Origin: an uncultured delta proteobacterium
GTDB lineage: Bacteria; Myxococcota; UBA727; VGSZ01
DNA length: 64,000 nt
Reading direction: 5' to 3'
Assembly (NCBI GenBank): GCA_963775425.1
Contig: CAVZJB010000007.1
Location: 32,001-96,000 of the forward strand
In this document: in pieces, positions 55,686-64,000 of the stretch
Numbering within the stretch: position 1 is the stretch's first letter
How the letters are laid out: each line of letters starts with the position of its first letter
Program-made: the position numbers and the translations under genes
Notes under the pieces: model-generated
Told to the model about the DNA's origin: nothing
Databases searched by the model: none
Seen by the model: only the letters and a program-made list of their open reading frames with translations

Positions 55686-56461
55686 GCGCGACGCGCCTTC
55701 GCGGAGGACGAGCCCCCGCGCCTCGACAGGCAGCGGCGCTCGCGGCGCTCGTCGTCGTCGTCGTCGCGGGCGCGGCCCAGGCGGCGAGCGACGCGCGGCT
55801 GTCGCAGGCGGAGGGGTTGGCGAAGAAGCAGGAGACCGGCGCCGCCGCCGACATCTACCGCGGCCTCGTCAAGGACGGCGTCGACGGCCCGGGCATCCGC
55901 TACAACCTCGGCACGCTGTGTCTCGAGCAGGGCGACATCGGCGAGGCGGTGCTGCACCTGCTCACCGCCCGGCGCATGGCGCCCGGCGACGGCGACGTGC
56001 GCCACAACCTCTCGGTGGCGCTGGACGCGCGGGTGGACCGCCTCGCCGGCGAGGCCCCCGCCGACCCCGTGCGCGCCGTGGGCGCGCGGGTGCCGCCGCT
56101 CGCCGCGCGGCTCGCGCTCGCGGTGCCGTTGTTCCTCCTCGGCGCGCTCCTCGCCGCGCTCGCGTTCGTCGACCGCGGGCGCGCCGCCGTCCGCGCCGCC
56201 TGCGCCGCGGTCTTCGCCCTCGCGATCGTCGGCGGCGCCGTCTACCTCTGCCGCAGGTCCGTCGAGGGCACGCGCGAAGCCGTGGTGTTGAAGGAGGCCC
56301 CCGCCCTGCGCGAGCCCGACGACGCGGCCGCGGTCAGCTTCACCGCGCACCCCGGCCTGTACGGCGACGTCGTCGAGGACGGCGGCCCCTTCGTGCGCAT
56401 CCGCTTCGAAAACGGGCTCGAGGCGTGGATGAAGTCCGAGGACCTCGGCTTCGTGGACTGA
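55682..56461 (+). CDS. batE: BatE-like TPR + SH3 protein
   Basis: YNLGTL...GDIGEAVL...PGDGDVRHNL; two TM segments; LREPD...HPG...RIRFENGLEAW. Confidence 0.82.
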   Translation: MSATRLRGGRAPAPRQAAALAALVVVVVAGAAQAASDARLSQAEGLAKKQETGAAADIYRGLVKDGVDGPGIRYNLGTLCLEQGDIGEAVLHLLTARRMAPGDGDVRHNLSVALDARVDRLAGEAPADPVRAVGARVPPLAARLALAVPLFLLGALLAALAFVDRGRAAVRAACAAVFALAIVGGAVYLCRRSVEGTREAVVLKEAPALREPDDAAAVSFTAHPGLYGDVVEDGGPFVRIRFENGLEAWMKSEDLGFVD

Positions 56462-56546
56462 CGCCGGTCATCGCCGCACACGCCGGACGCGCCGCGCCCG
56501 ACGACGCGCCCGACGACACGTCCGAGGCGCCGGACGAGCCGGCGCC

Positions 56547-57278
56547 CTACTTGGGGACGGCCTTGAGCATGGCCTTGCCGTCCTTCAAGACCACCTTGAA
56601 GTCGACGTTCTGGCACTTGTGCTTGGCCTTGATGGCGGGGATCTGCTTTTCGATCTGCTTGCGCAGGCCGTCCATGGTGAGGCTCGAGGACTCGCCGGTG
56701 CGGCGCTTGGCCTGCATGTAGACGTCGTAGAGCTGCTTGAGGTGTTGATCGGTCATGTTGCCGCCCGCGCGCGCCGCCGCGGCGGGCGCCGGGCGCGACG
56801 CGCGCTCGCTGGCCGGGCGCTCGGTGACGGGGCGCTGCGGCGGCTGCGACGTGATCAGGCCCTCGTCGGAGAAGGAGCCCACGTCGACGTCGAGGCCTTC
56901 GATGGCGGCGGGACGGTTTCCCACCTGGGTGTCCGTGGCCGCCGCCTGCTTCTCGTTCTTCTTTTTCTGCGCGACCTTGAACTTGTCCCGCTTGTAGGTG
57001 CCGTCCTCGATCTGCTTGAGCGTGCGCGCCCACATCCGGTCCATGGACACGAAGCGCGCGAAGAGCTGGCTGAAGCGGAACTTGTCGACCGTGTTCCAGG
57101 TCTTGACCTCCTCTTCGCGCAGGCGCCGCATCTCCGCGCCGAGCTGCATCTGGTTGCTCGTGGGCGGCATGCGCTGCTCGGGGGACCCGACGAAGTACAG
57201 GTCGAAGCGACGGCGAAGCTCATCGAGCTTCTTCTCGATCTCATCGAGCCGCTCGCGTTGTCCGCCCCGGTACGCCAT
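56547..57278 (-). CDS. MXAN_5187 C-terminal-domain-like protein
   Basis: FDLYFVG...PP; C-terminal LYDVYMQAKRRTGE...VDFKVVLKDGKAMLKAVPK; TAGAAT 7 nt upstream of ATG. Confidence 0.75.
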   Translation of the reverse strand: MAYRGGQRERLDEIEKKLDELRRRFDLYFVGSPEQRMPPTSNQMQLGAEMRRLREEEVKTWNTVDKFRFSQLFARFVSMDRMWARTLKQIEDGTYKRDKFKVAQKKKNEKQAAATDTQVGNRPAAIEGLDVDVGSFSDEGLITSQPPQRPVTERPASERASRPAPAAAARAGGNMTDQHLKQLYDVYMQAKRRTGESSSLTMDGLRKQIEKQIPAIKAKHKCQNVDFKVVLKDGKAMLKAVPK

Positions 57279-58648
57279 CAGTGGGATTCTACCTTGTCCT
57301 CGCCGTCGGCGATGCGTTTGAGACGCTCCCGCTCCCGCGTCAAGAACGCGTCACCCCCGGAGAGCTCGTCAGCGCGGCCCTCCGCGGCGAGCTTCTGCAG
57401 GAGCGCCAGCCCCTCGGCGGCGTCGCCGTTGTCCGAGAGCGCCACCGCGAGCGTGTGAACCATGTTGGCGTCCTTGCCGCCGGACTCGGCCACGGCGGCG
57501 CGGGCCAGGGCGAGGGCCGTGACGGGATCGCGCACCTCGGGGTCGGGCGCCTTCGCCTTGATCCAGGCGCAGTCGTTCTTCACCTCGGGCGACGACCGCG
57601 TGCCCACCTCGGCGAGCGCGGCGTCGCACAACGCGTTGGCCGTCTTGAGGTCGGACCACGGCAGCTCCTCGTCGTCACCGCCGTACAGGGACAGCAGCAG
57701 CGTGGCGTGCTCGATGGCGTGCTCCATGTCGTCGTCGTGCAGGCGCAGGAGGCCCTCGTGGATGAGGCGCTTGCCCTCGACGTCGTCGCCGGTCTCGCTC
57801 TTGATGCGGCCGAGCAGGAAGAAGGTGGCCGGGTCGTCGGGGGCGAGGCGGGCGGCGGCGGCGGCGTGCTTCTTGGCCTCGTCCACGCGCTTGTGCAGGA
57901 GCGCCTCGAGCCCGGCCACCGCCTGGTAGCGCGGCGACAGCAGCGGCCGGCCGGCATAGAGCACCACCACCGCGAACAGGACGCCCGACGCCGCGAGCAC
58001 CACGGTGCCGAAGAGCTTCTCCCGCGGGCCCACGGCGACGTCGGCGCCGTCGTCGCCGAGGAAGCTGCGGTCGCCGGCGGACAGGCCGTAGCCGAGGAGG
58101 AAGCCGAACACGAGCCCGCCCACGTGGGCGGTGTTGTCGATGAACGGCACCAGGAAGCCGAGCGCGAACGTGGCGCCCACGAACGGCAGCAGCGCCCCGA
58201 TGAGCAGCCGGCCGAGGCTCTTGTGGCGCACGATCAAGGCGAGCGCGAGGAGCGCCCCGGTGATGCCGAAGATGGCCCCCGACGCGCCCGCCGTCGGCGT
58301 GGAGGCGAGCGCGACGCTGACGGCGAAGCCGAACACGCCGGTGGCGGCGTAGATGAGCAGGAGCCGCGCGGCGCCCACCATCTGCTCGAGGGCGCGCCCG
58401 ACCTGCAGGAGCACCCACATGTTGAGCGCGAGGTGCCACACGCCGAGGTGCACGAAGCACGCGGTGAGCAGGCGCCAGATCTCGCCGTTCCATACGCGCC
58501 CCGGGTCGACGCCGCCGGCGGCGGTGAGGTCGGCGAGGCCTGCGCGCCACGGGGACACCCCCGCGAGGATCATCGCGAGGAAAACGGACACGTTGAGCCC
58601 GAGCAGGGCCCAGGTCGCCGTGGTCTTCTTGTCGTCCTCGTCCGCCAA
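57278..58648 (-). CDS. Rhomboid intramembrane serine protease with C-terminal TPRs
   Basis: WRLLTACFVH.G.WHLALN, GASGAIFG, IDNTAHVGG; TPR-like tail. TTG start 58648 is tentative. Confidence 0.9.
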   Translation of the reverse strand: MADEDDKKTTATWALLGLNVSVFLAMILAGVSPWRAGLADLTAAGGVDPGRVWNGEIWRLLTACFVHLGVWHLALNMWVLLQVGRALEQMVGAARLLLIYAATGVFGFAVSVALASTPTAGASGAIFGITGALLALALIVRHKSLGRLLIGALLPFVGATFALGFLVPFIDNTAHVGGLVFGFLLGYGLSAGDRSFLGDDGADVAVGPREKLFGTVVLAASGVLFAVVVLYAGRPLLSPRYQAVAGLEALLHKRVDEAKKHAAAAARLAPDDPATFFLLGRIKSETGDDVEGKRLIHEGLLRLHDDDMEHAIEHATLLLSLYGGDDEELPWSDLKTANALCDAALAEVGTRSSPEVKNDCAWIKAKAPDPEVRDPVTALALARAAVAESGGKDANMVHTLAVALSDNGDAAEGLALLQKLAAEGRADELSGGDAFLTRERERLKRIADGEDKVESH

Positions 58649-58715
58649 GAGTGCCTGTCCTTGTTGCCGGTGGCCGGCGCGAGCGCGACCAACCCCGAGG
58701 TTATAGTCTCGTCCG

Positions 58716-60872
58716 GTGCCGTGCGCGCACGCGATCCTCGCCGTTGTCGCCGTCGTCGCAGCCGCGGGCGCCAAAGACGCGCCCGCGGGCGCGTTGGAGG
58801 GGGACTTCCTCGAGGTCGACGGCGTCATCTACGAGGTCCACGGCGGCAAGCTCTACACCCTGGACGACCCCGCCCTCGAGGACCCGCGCCTCACCGTCAC
58901 CGTCACCGGCTCCAACGTCCAAAAGACGCGGGAGAAGCGTGTGCTTCGCCCCGACATCATCACCAGCACCGACATCGCGGAGAGCGGGGCGCACACGCTC
59001 GGCGACGTCCTCGCGACGCAGCCCGGGATCCAGGTGAACCCGAGCTTCGGCCTCGGGCAGGACGTGCAGCTCGACGGCCTCGACAGCCGGCAGGTGCTGG
59101 TCCTCGTCGACGGGCGCCCGGTGAAGGGCCGCGTGGACAGCCACGTCGACGTCTCGCGCATCCCCGTCGACGCCTCGTCCATCGAGCGCATCGAGATCGT
59201 GCGCGGGCCGGGCAGCGCGCTGTACGGCAGCGAGGCCATCGGCGGCGTCATCAACATCGTCACCAAGAAGCCGTCGCAGGCGCTCGGGGGCGAGGTCGAC
59301 GTCGGCGGCCAGGTGGTGCAGGGGGAGCTGTGGACCACGCTCGGCCTCCACGGCCGAGGCGGCGCGGGGCCGGTGGCGCTGCGCCTCGACCTCACCGGGC
59401 AGAACCTCCCCGGCATCGACCGCGCGGGCGTCGTCGACGTCACCGACGCGTCCGGCGGCGTCACCGGGCAGCGCGTGGTGATGCGTCCGGACGGCAAGGC
59501 CGACCTGCCCGACCGCCGCCAGCTCGGCCTGCACGGCGAAGCCGCCGCCGCGCTCTTCGACGACGTGTCGTTCCGCGCGCAGGTGGACGGCTCGTCGTCG
59601 CAGTCGGTGGCGCGCACCACCGGGGCGGCGGCGTTTTCGGAGCGCGCGCGCGACGACGAGTGGAGCGCGTCCGCCGCCGTGGGCACCGGCGTCGGCGACG
59701 CCGACGTCACGCTCGACCTGCGCCTGGATCGCTTCCGCCACGTCTTCGACAAGCTGCCGAGCGGCGGCTCCCTCGCCCCGCCCGGCTTCTGCGCCGACGG
59801 CGGCTTCTTCTTCGACGTCCCCTGTCCCGCCAAGCCCGTGCTCAACACCGACGCCGTCGAGGACGAGGCGCGCCTCGAGCTCAAGGCGACGTCCCCCCTG
59901 CTCGCCGACGTGCTCGCAGGCTCCGCGGGCGCCGTCCTCACCCGGGAGCAGGACGCGCGGGTGAACGGCAAGGGCGAGGACACGCTCCCCGGCGGCGGCG
60001 AGCGCGACGTCGCCTCCGTGTACGCGGAGCTGTCATGGACGCCGCTGCCGTGGCTGACGGTGGTGCCGGGCGCCCGCGCCGACGCGTTCTTGCCCGCGGC
60101 CGCCGACGAAAACGCCGCCTTTTCTCCCAAGCTCGCGGCCAAGGCGGACGTGGGTGGCGGGTTCTCGGTGCGCGCGAGCTACGGCCACGGCTTTCGCCTG
60201 CCGAGCTACGAGGAGCGGCTCTTGCGCTTTGATCACAGCGAGCTCGGCTACGTGGTGCTCGGGAACCCCGACCTGTCGCCCGAGGAGAGCAACGGCTTCC
60301 GCGGCGGCGGCGCCTGGGAGGTGGACGGCGCGTCGCTCTCGCTGGAGGGGTACCTGAACCTCGTCGACGGCCTCATCGACTTCGACGACACCGGCGACAC
60401 CGAAAACGACGTGCCCGTGTTCACCTACGTGAACCGCGCGCACGCATACACCTCGGGCGTCGACGTGCGCGCGTCCTTGGGGCCGTGGCTCGGCTTCTCC
60501 CTCGACGGCGGCTACCAGTACCTGCTGAACGCCGTCGACGCGTCAGGCTGCCCGGACGCGAACCCGTACTTCTGCGGCGACGCCGCCCGCTCGCTGCCGC
60601 TTCGACCCGCGCACTCGGCGAACGCCACCCTGCGCTGGCGCCTGCGGTCGACGGGCACGGTGCTGTTCACCCGCGTCGACGGCGTCTCGGAGCGGCCCAT
60701 CGACGCCGTGACCACGGCGCCCGGCTACGCGCAGCTCTCGGCGGGCGTGCGCCAGACGCTCGGCCCCCTCGAGCTCATGGTCTCCGCGGACGACGTCTTC
60801 GACGCGTACGACCCGCGCCTCGGCCCCAAGCCCGGCCGCTCCGTCTCGTTCCTGTTGAGCCTCGCGCGCTGA
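58716..60872 (+). CDS. TonB-dependent outer-membrane receptor
   Basis: TVTVTGS TonB box; VLVLVDG, IERIEIVRGPGSALYGSEAIGGVINIVTK; RASYGHGFRLPS, GNPDLSPEES, PGR. Ends in LSLAR without the usual terminal aromatic residue. Confidence 0.9.
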   Translation: MPCAHAILAVVAVVAAAGAKDAPAGALEGDFLEVDGVIYEVHGGKLYTLDDPALEDPRLTVTVTGSNVQKTREKRVLRPDIITSTDIAESGAHTLGDVLATQPGIQVNPSFGLGQDVQLDGLDSRQVLVLVDGRPVKGRVDSHVDVSRIPVDASSIERIEIVRGPGSALYGSEAIGGVINIVTKKPSQALGGEVDVGGQVVQGELWTTLGLHGRGGAGPVALRLDLTGQNLPGIDRAGVVDVTDASGGVTGQRVVMRPDGKADLPDRRQLGLHGEAAAALFDDVSFRAQVDGSSSQSVARTTGAAAFSERARDDEWSASAAVGTGVGDADVTLDLRLDRFRHVFDKLPSGGSLAPPGFCADGGFFFDVPCPAKPVLNTDAVEDEARLELKATSPLLADVLAGSAGAVLTREQDARVNGKGEDTLPGGGERDVASVYAELSWTPLPWLTVVPGARADAFLPAAADENAAFSPKLAAKADVGGGFSVRASYGHGFRLPSYEERLLRFDHSELGYVVLGNPDLSPEESNGFRGGGAWEVDGASLSLEGYLNLVDGLIDFDDTGDTENDVPVFTYVNRAHAYTSGVDVRASLGPWLGFSLDGGYQYLLNAVDASGCPDANPYFCGDAARSLPLRPAHSANATLRWRLRSTGTVLFTRVDGVSERPIDAVTTAPGYAQLSAGVRQTLGPLELMVSADDVFDAYDPRLGPKPGRSVSFLLSLAR

Positions 60873-60896
60873 CGGATCGGCGACCGGAGCGCTGGG

Positions 60897-62006
60897 TCAG
60901 ACGCCGAGGGCCTTCACGCGATCGGCGACCTTGCGGGTCAGCTCGGCGGGGAGCGTGTCGACGGCCTGCAGGAGGGCGTCGTCGAGGAGGGCCTGCAGCG
61001 CCTTGATCATGGCGCCGCAGCCGCCCGTGATGAATTGCGCGTGCTGCAGCGTGCTCTCCTCGTCGAGCGGCTCCTTCAACGACAGCGCCGACAGCGCCTC
61101 CTCGAAGGACGGCGGCGGCGCGTCGAGGTACTCGCGCACCTGGTCGCCGACGCCGAAGCCGCCCTCGTCCAGGGCGGCCATGACGAGGTTCACGGCGGTG
61201 CACAGGCGCTTGACCATGAGCTCCTCTTCGCCGCGGGAGGCGCGGGTGGAGAGGAAGCCGCGCTCGACCAGCGTGAGCAGGGCGCGCGCGCCGTCGATGC
61301 GGCCGAGGTTGGCCTTGTGGACGAGCTCCCGGCCGGTGAGCTGCTTGTTGCGCGCGCTGGCGACGAGCTGGAGCACGGCGAGGGCTTGCTCGTCGAGCCC
61401 CTGCCCCGACGGTGCCGGCGTGACGACCTCGTAGGGGCGGTCGAGCGAGCCGAGCTTGCGCATGAGATCGCGGTGCTCGCGCACGCGCACGATGGCCCCG
61501 TCGACGAGCTGGCGGGTGGCCACGCCGAAGTGCAGCGGGTTTTTGTGGAACTGGTCCGCGCGGAACACGGCGTGGCCGGTCTCCTCCACGCAGGCGCCCT
61601 CGAACACCTGGATGGCCTGGTCGACGAGGGCGCGGCGCAAAGAGGCCGGCTCGATGAAGCCGAGCTCGATGAGCGCGCGGCCGAGCATCTTGCCCTCCTT
61701 CACCTGCTCCGACGCGATCAGCACCTGGTCGGCGCTGAGGCGACCCGAGCGCCAAAGGACCTCGCCGAGGCGGTCCGGCGTGTGCGTGGACATGGAGCCG
61801 GTGTACTCGCCGGTCTCGAAGAACAGCGTGCGCGTCCCGCCGCCGTCGACGACGTCGAGGCGGCCGGTGCGTTTGGCCGCGATGAGCATGCCGACAATCT
61901 CGGCGACGCTGGCGACCTCGAGGTCGCAGACGAGCCACGGAGGGCTGTCCTCGGCCGCCTGCACACGCAGGCCGGGGGCCTCGGCCACGGTCGGCATGTC
62001 GGTCAC
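60897..62006 (-). CDS. DUF4388-domain protein
   Basis: IVGMLIAAKRTGRLDV...RTLFFETG...DRLGEVLWRSGRLS...LGRALIELGFI; TGTATGAT and GGAGG upstream. Confidence 0.8.
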   Translation of the reverse strand: MTDMPTVAEAPGLRVQAAEDSPPWLVCDLEVASVAEIVGMLIAAKRTGRLDVVDGGGTRTLFFETGEYTGSMSTHTPDRLGEVLWRSGRLSADQVLIASEQVKEGKMLGRALIELGFIEPASLRRALVDQAIQVFEGACVEETGHAVFRADQFHKNPLHFGVATRQLVDGAIVRVREHRDLMRKLGSLDRPYEVVTPAPSGQGLDEQALAVLQLVASARNKQLTGRELVHKANLGRIDGARALLTLVERGFLSTRASRGEEELMVKRLCTAVNLVMAALDEGGFGVGDQVREYLDAPPPSFEEALSALSLKEPLDEESTLQHAQFITGGCGAMIKALQALLDDALLQAVDTLPAELTRKVADRVKALGV

Positions 62007-62059
62007 GACGCTCCCTCCAAGGGCACGCCCATCATACAAGAGTGTGGTAGGGAGGGCGC

Positions 62060-63232
62060 ATGGCCACGCGGAAGAAAGCAAACGAGACACAGAAGCCCGC
62101 GAAAGCGGTTCACCGCAAACCGACGGACGACGCCAAGGACAAGGCGACCATCGACGCCATCACGGCGACGGCGGAGGGCATCCGAGAGTCCATCAACCGC
62201 AAGCGCAAGCCCGAGCTCAAGATGCCGGTGCGCGCGCTGTCCAACGTCAAGTACGACCCCAAGAAGGGCTTCTTCGAGATCGGCAAGGACAGGAAGGTCC
62301 GCACCCTCACGGTGTCCACCGTGAAGACCTTCGCCCAGACGCTGAAGCTGATGGCGCTGTCGCAGGAGCTCGTGAAGAGCAACGATCACGCCACGAAGCG
62401 TGACGCGTACTACCAGTCCAAGAACTGGGGCGACGCCCGCTTCGACGAGCAGAGCGAGAGCGACACGGTGATGGACGACATCGAGGCCCTGTTCTCGACG
62501 TCCGGGGTGTCGCGCGAGCAGCTCCGCTTCATCCCCGACCAGCACGGCGGCGCCGTCGCCGGGGAGCTCATCATCGTCGACAGGAACCCCGACGGCACCG
62601 CGGTCGAGATCGACTGCACGCGACAGGGCTCCGGGGCGTGGAGCGTCCCGTCGTCGGTGGAGCACCTGCGCTTCCGTTCGAAGGCGAAGTTCGTCCTCGC
62701 CATCGAGACCACCGGTATGTTCAGCCGGCTCAACGAGCACCAATACTGGGCCACCGGCAACTGCATCCTCGTCGCCATGGGCGGCGTGCCCACGCGGGCC
62801 TGCCGCCGGTTCGTGCGCATGCTCGGCGACCAGCTCAACATCCCCGTCTACGCGTTCACCGACTGCGACCCCTACGGCTTCGCCAACATCTACCGCACCC
62901 TCAAGGTCGGCTCGGGCAACGCTGCGCACATCAACCAGTTCTTCTGTGTCCCGGGCGTGCACTACCTGGGGTTGACGCCGCAGGACATCATCGACTTCGA
63001 CCTCGACAAGGCCACGCACCCGCTCGCCGAGATCGACGTGAAGCGCGCGTTCGACGCGCTCAAGAACGATCCGTTCTTCCAAAACAGCAAGGCGTGGCGG
63101 GGCGCGCTCGACCTCTTGATGAAGATGCAGAAGCGCGCGGAGCAACAGGCGCTGTCGTTGCACGGCCTCAACTTCGTCATCGACGAGTACCTGCCAGCCA
63201 AGCTGAAGGACCCGTCGAAGTTCCTGCCGTGA
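62060..63232 (+). CDS. top6A: DNA topoisomerase VI subunit A (Spo11/Top6A family)
   Basis: TKRDAYY (catalytic Tyr region), FDEQSESD, AIETTGMF (TOPRIM Glu), GGVPTRACRRF, TDCDPYG (DxD), AEQQAL. Confidence 0.92.
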   Translation: MATRKKANETQKPAKAVHRKPTDDAKDKATIDAITATAEGIRESINRKRKPELKMPVRALSNVKYDPKKGFFEIGKDRKVRTLTVSTVKTFAQTLKLMALSQELVKSNDHATKRDAYYQSKNWGDARFDEQSESDTVMDDIEALFSTSGVSREQLRFIPDQHGGAVAGELIIVDRNPDGTAVEIDCTRQGSGAWSVPSSVEHLRFRSKAKFVLAIETTGMFSRLNEHQYWATGNCILVAMGGVPTRACRRFVRMLGDQLNIPVYAFTDCDPYGFANIYRTLKVGSGNAAHINQFFCVPGVHYLGLTPQDIIDFDLDKATHPLAEIDVKRAFDALKNDPFFQNSKAWRGALDLLMKMQKRAEQQALSLHGLNFVIDEYLPAKLKDPSKFLP

Positions 63233-64000
63233 CATCGCCACGCGGCCGCGCCCTCCGGTCGCAGCTCCGCGCGCGCGTCGCCGCGACCACGTTCGTCGTC
63301 GCGCTGCTCACGTCGGGCACGCTGACCGCGCTGTTCGCGTTCGACGCGTACCAGGCCCGGATCGCCCGGCTGCGCGCCGAGGGGAGGCGCGTGGCCTTCT
63401 CGGCGGTCACGCTCTACGACGTGCTGCGCCTGACGGGCTCCGAAGCCGACAAGGCCACGCTGCAGGCGTTCCTCAGCGCGGCGGTGCGCGGGACGTCGAG
63501 CGAAGAGGAGCTCGCGTACGCCGTCGTCCTCGACGACAAGGGCGCCGTGGTCGCGCAGGCCACGTCGTCGCGCAACCCGAGCCCGCAGGGGGCGGCGCCG
63601 GCGCCGGGCGCGCCCTGCCCGGACGGAACGCTCTGCATCAACGCCGGCGTCGTCGGGCGCGACACCGCGGGCAAGTCGCCGGACGCGGCCGCGGGCCGGG
63701 TGCTCGTCGGGCTGTCGACGGCGCCGGCCATGGCGGCGCTCAAGCGCACCACCGCCGTCGCCGGCGGCCTGTCTGCCCTGGTGGCGCTCTTGTTCTCCGG
63801 CGCGCTCTTGTCGGTGGTGAGCCGCCGCGTGGTCCGGCCCATCGCGCGCGTGGTCGAGGGCATGCAGGCCGTGCGCGCGGGCAAGCTCGAGGGTGTCGCG
63901 CCGGTGGTCGGCGCCGACGAAGGCGCCGAGCTGGTCGACGGGTTCAACGAGATGGTCGTGGCGCTCGCGAGCAAGCAGGCCACGCTCGAGCGCCACGTCG
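63229..64000 (+). CDS. Membrane sensor with HAMP domain (3'-truncated by the window edge; output domain not visible)
   Basis: GTG overlaps the top6A TGA; TM1, periplasmic region (AYAVVLDDKG), TM2, HAMP RPIARVVEGMQAVRAG...DEGAELVDGFNEM. Confidence 0.85.
   Translation, partial: MTSPRGRALRSQLRARVAATTFVVALLTSGTLTALFAFDAYQARIARLRAEGRRVAFSAVTLYDVLRLTGSEADKATLQAFLSAAVRGTSSEEELAYAVVLDDKGAVVAQATSSRNPSPQGAAPAPGAPCPDGTLCINAGVVGRDTAGKSPDAAAGRVLVGLSTAPAMAALKRTTAVAGGLSALVALLFSGALLSVVSRRVVRPIARVVEGMQAVRAGKLEGVAPVVGADEGAELVDGFNEMVVALASKQATLERHV

Overview
Very GC-rich bacterial chromosome segment with a gene repertoire typical of Myxococcota/deltaproteobacteria: an MXAN_5187-C-terminal-like protein, a DUF4388 protein, a CglB-like VWA protein, myxobacterial Cys-rich repeats and many lipoproteins. 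It holds about 60 densely packed CDSs, one tRNA-Leu(TAA), two internally deleted pseudogenes (osmC and a DUF3332-like gene) and two genes broken by single-base frameshifts. I found no CRISPR array, integrase or transposase. Recognisable blocks: stalked surface lipoproteins (0.9-5.6 kb); a divergent citrate synthase / HTH-citrate-synthase pair; a beta-alanine catabolic cluster (mmsA, beta-ureidopropionase, C45 amidohydrolase, CoA-transferase A); bcp-nadK; rseP; a MoxR/DUF58/BatA-E cluster split by a ~7 kb insert; a rhomboid protease; a TonB-dependent receptor; and a bacterial topoisomerase VI subunit A. The best candidate for an undescribed system is at 15.2-22.9 kb. It is a one-chain transmembrane receptor joining a class III nucleotide cyclase, a CHAT (caspase-like) protease with an intact His/Cys dyad and an extracytoplasmic FlgO/CsgG-like domain. 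It is translationally coupled to an exported FlgO/CsgG-TPR partner and followed by Cys-rich surface proteins. Other notable signals are a 14-bp tandem repeat forming a relay of coupled mini-ORFs, a PHM-like copper monooxygenase with His in place of the CuM Met, and repeated leaderless or bidirectional -10 boxes. All family assignments come from reading motifs by eye, not from database searches.
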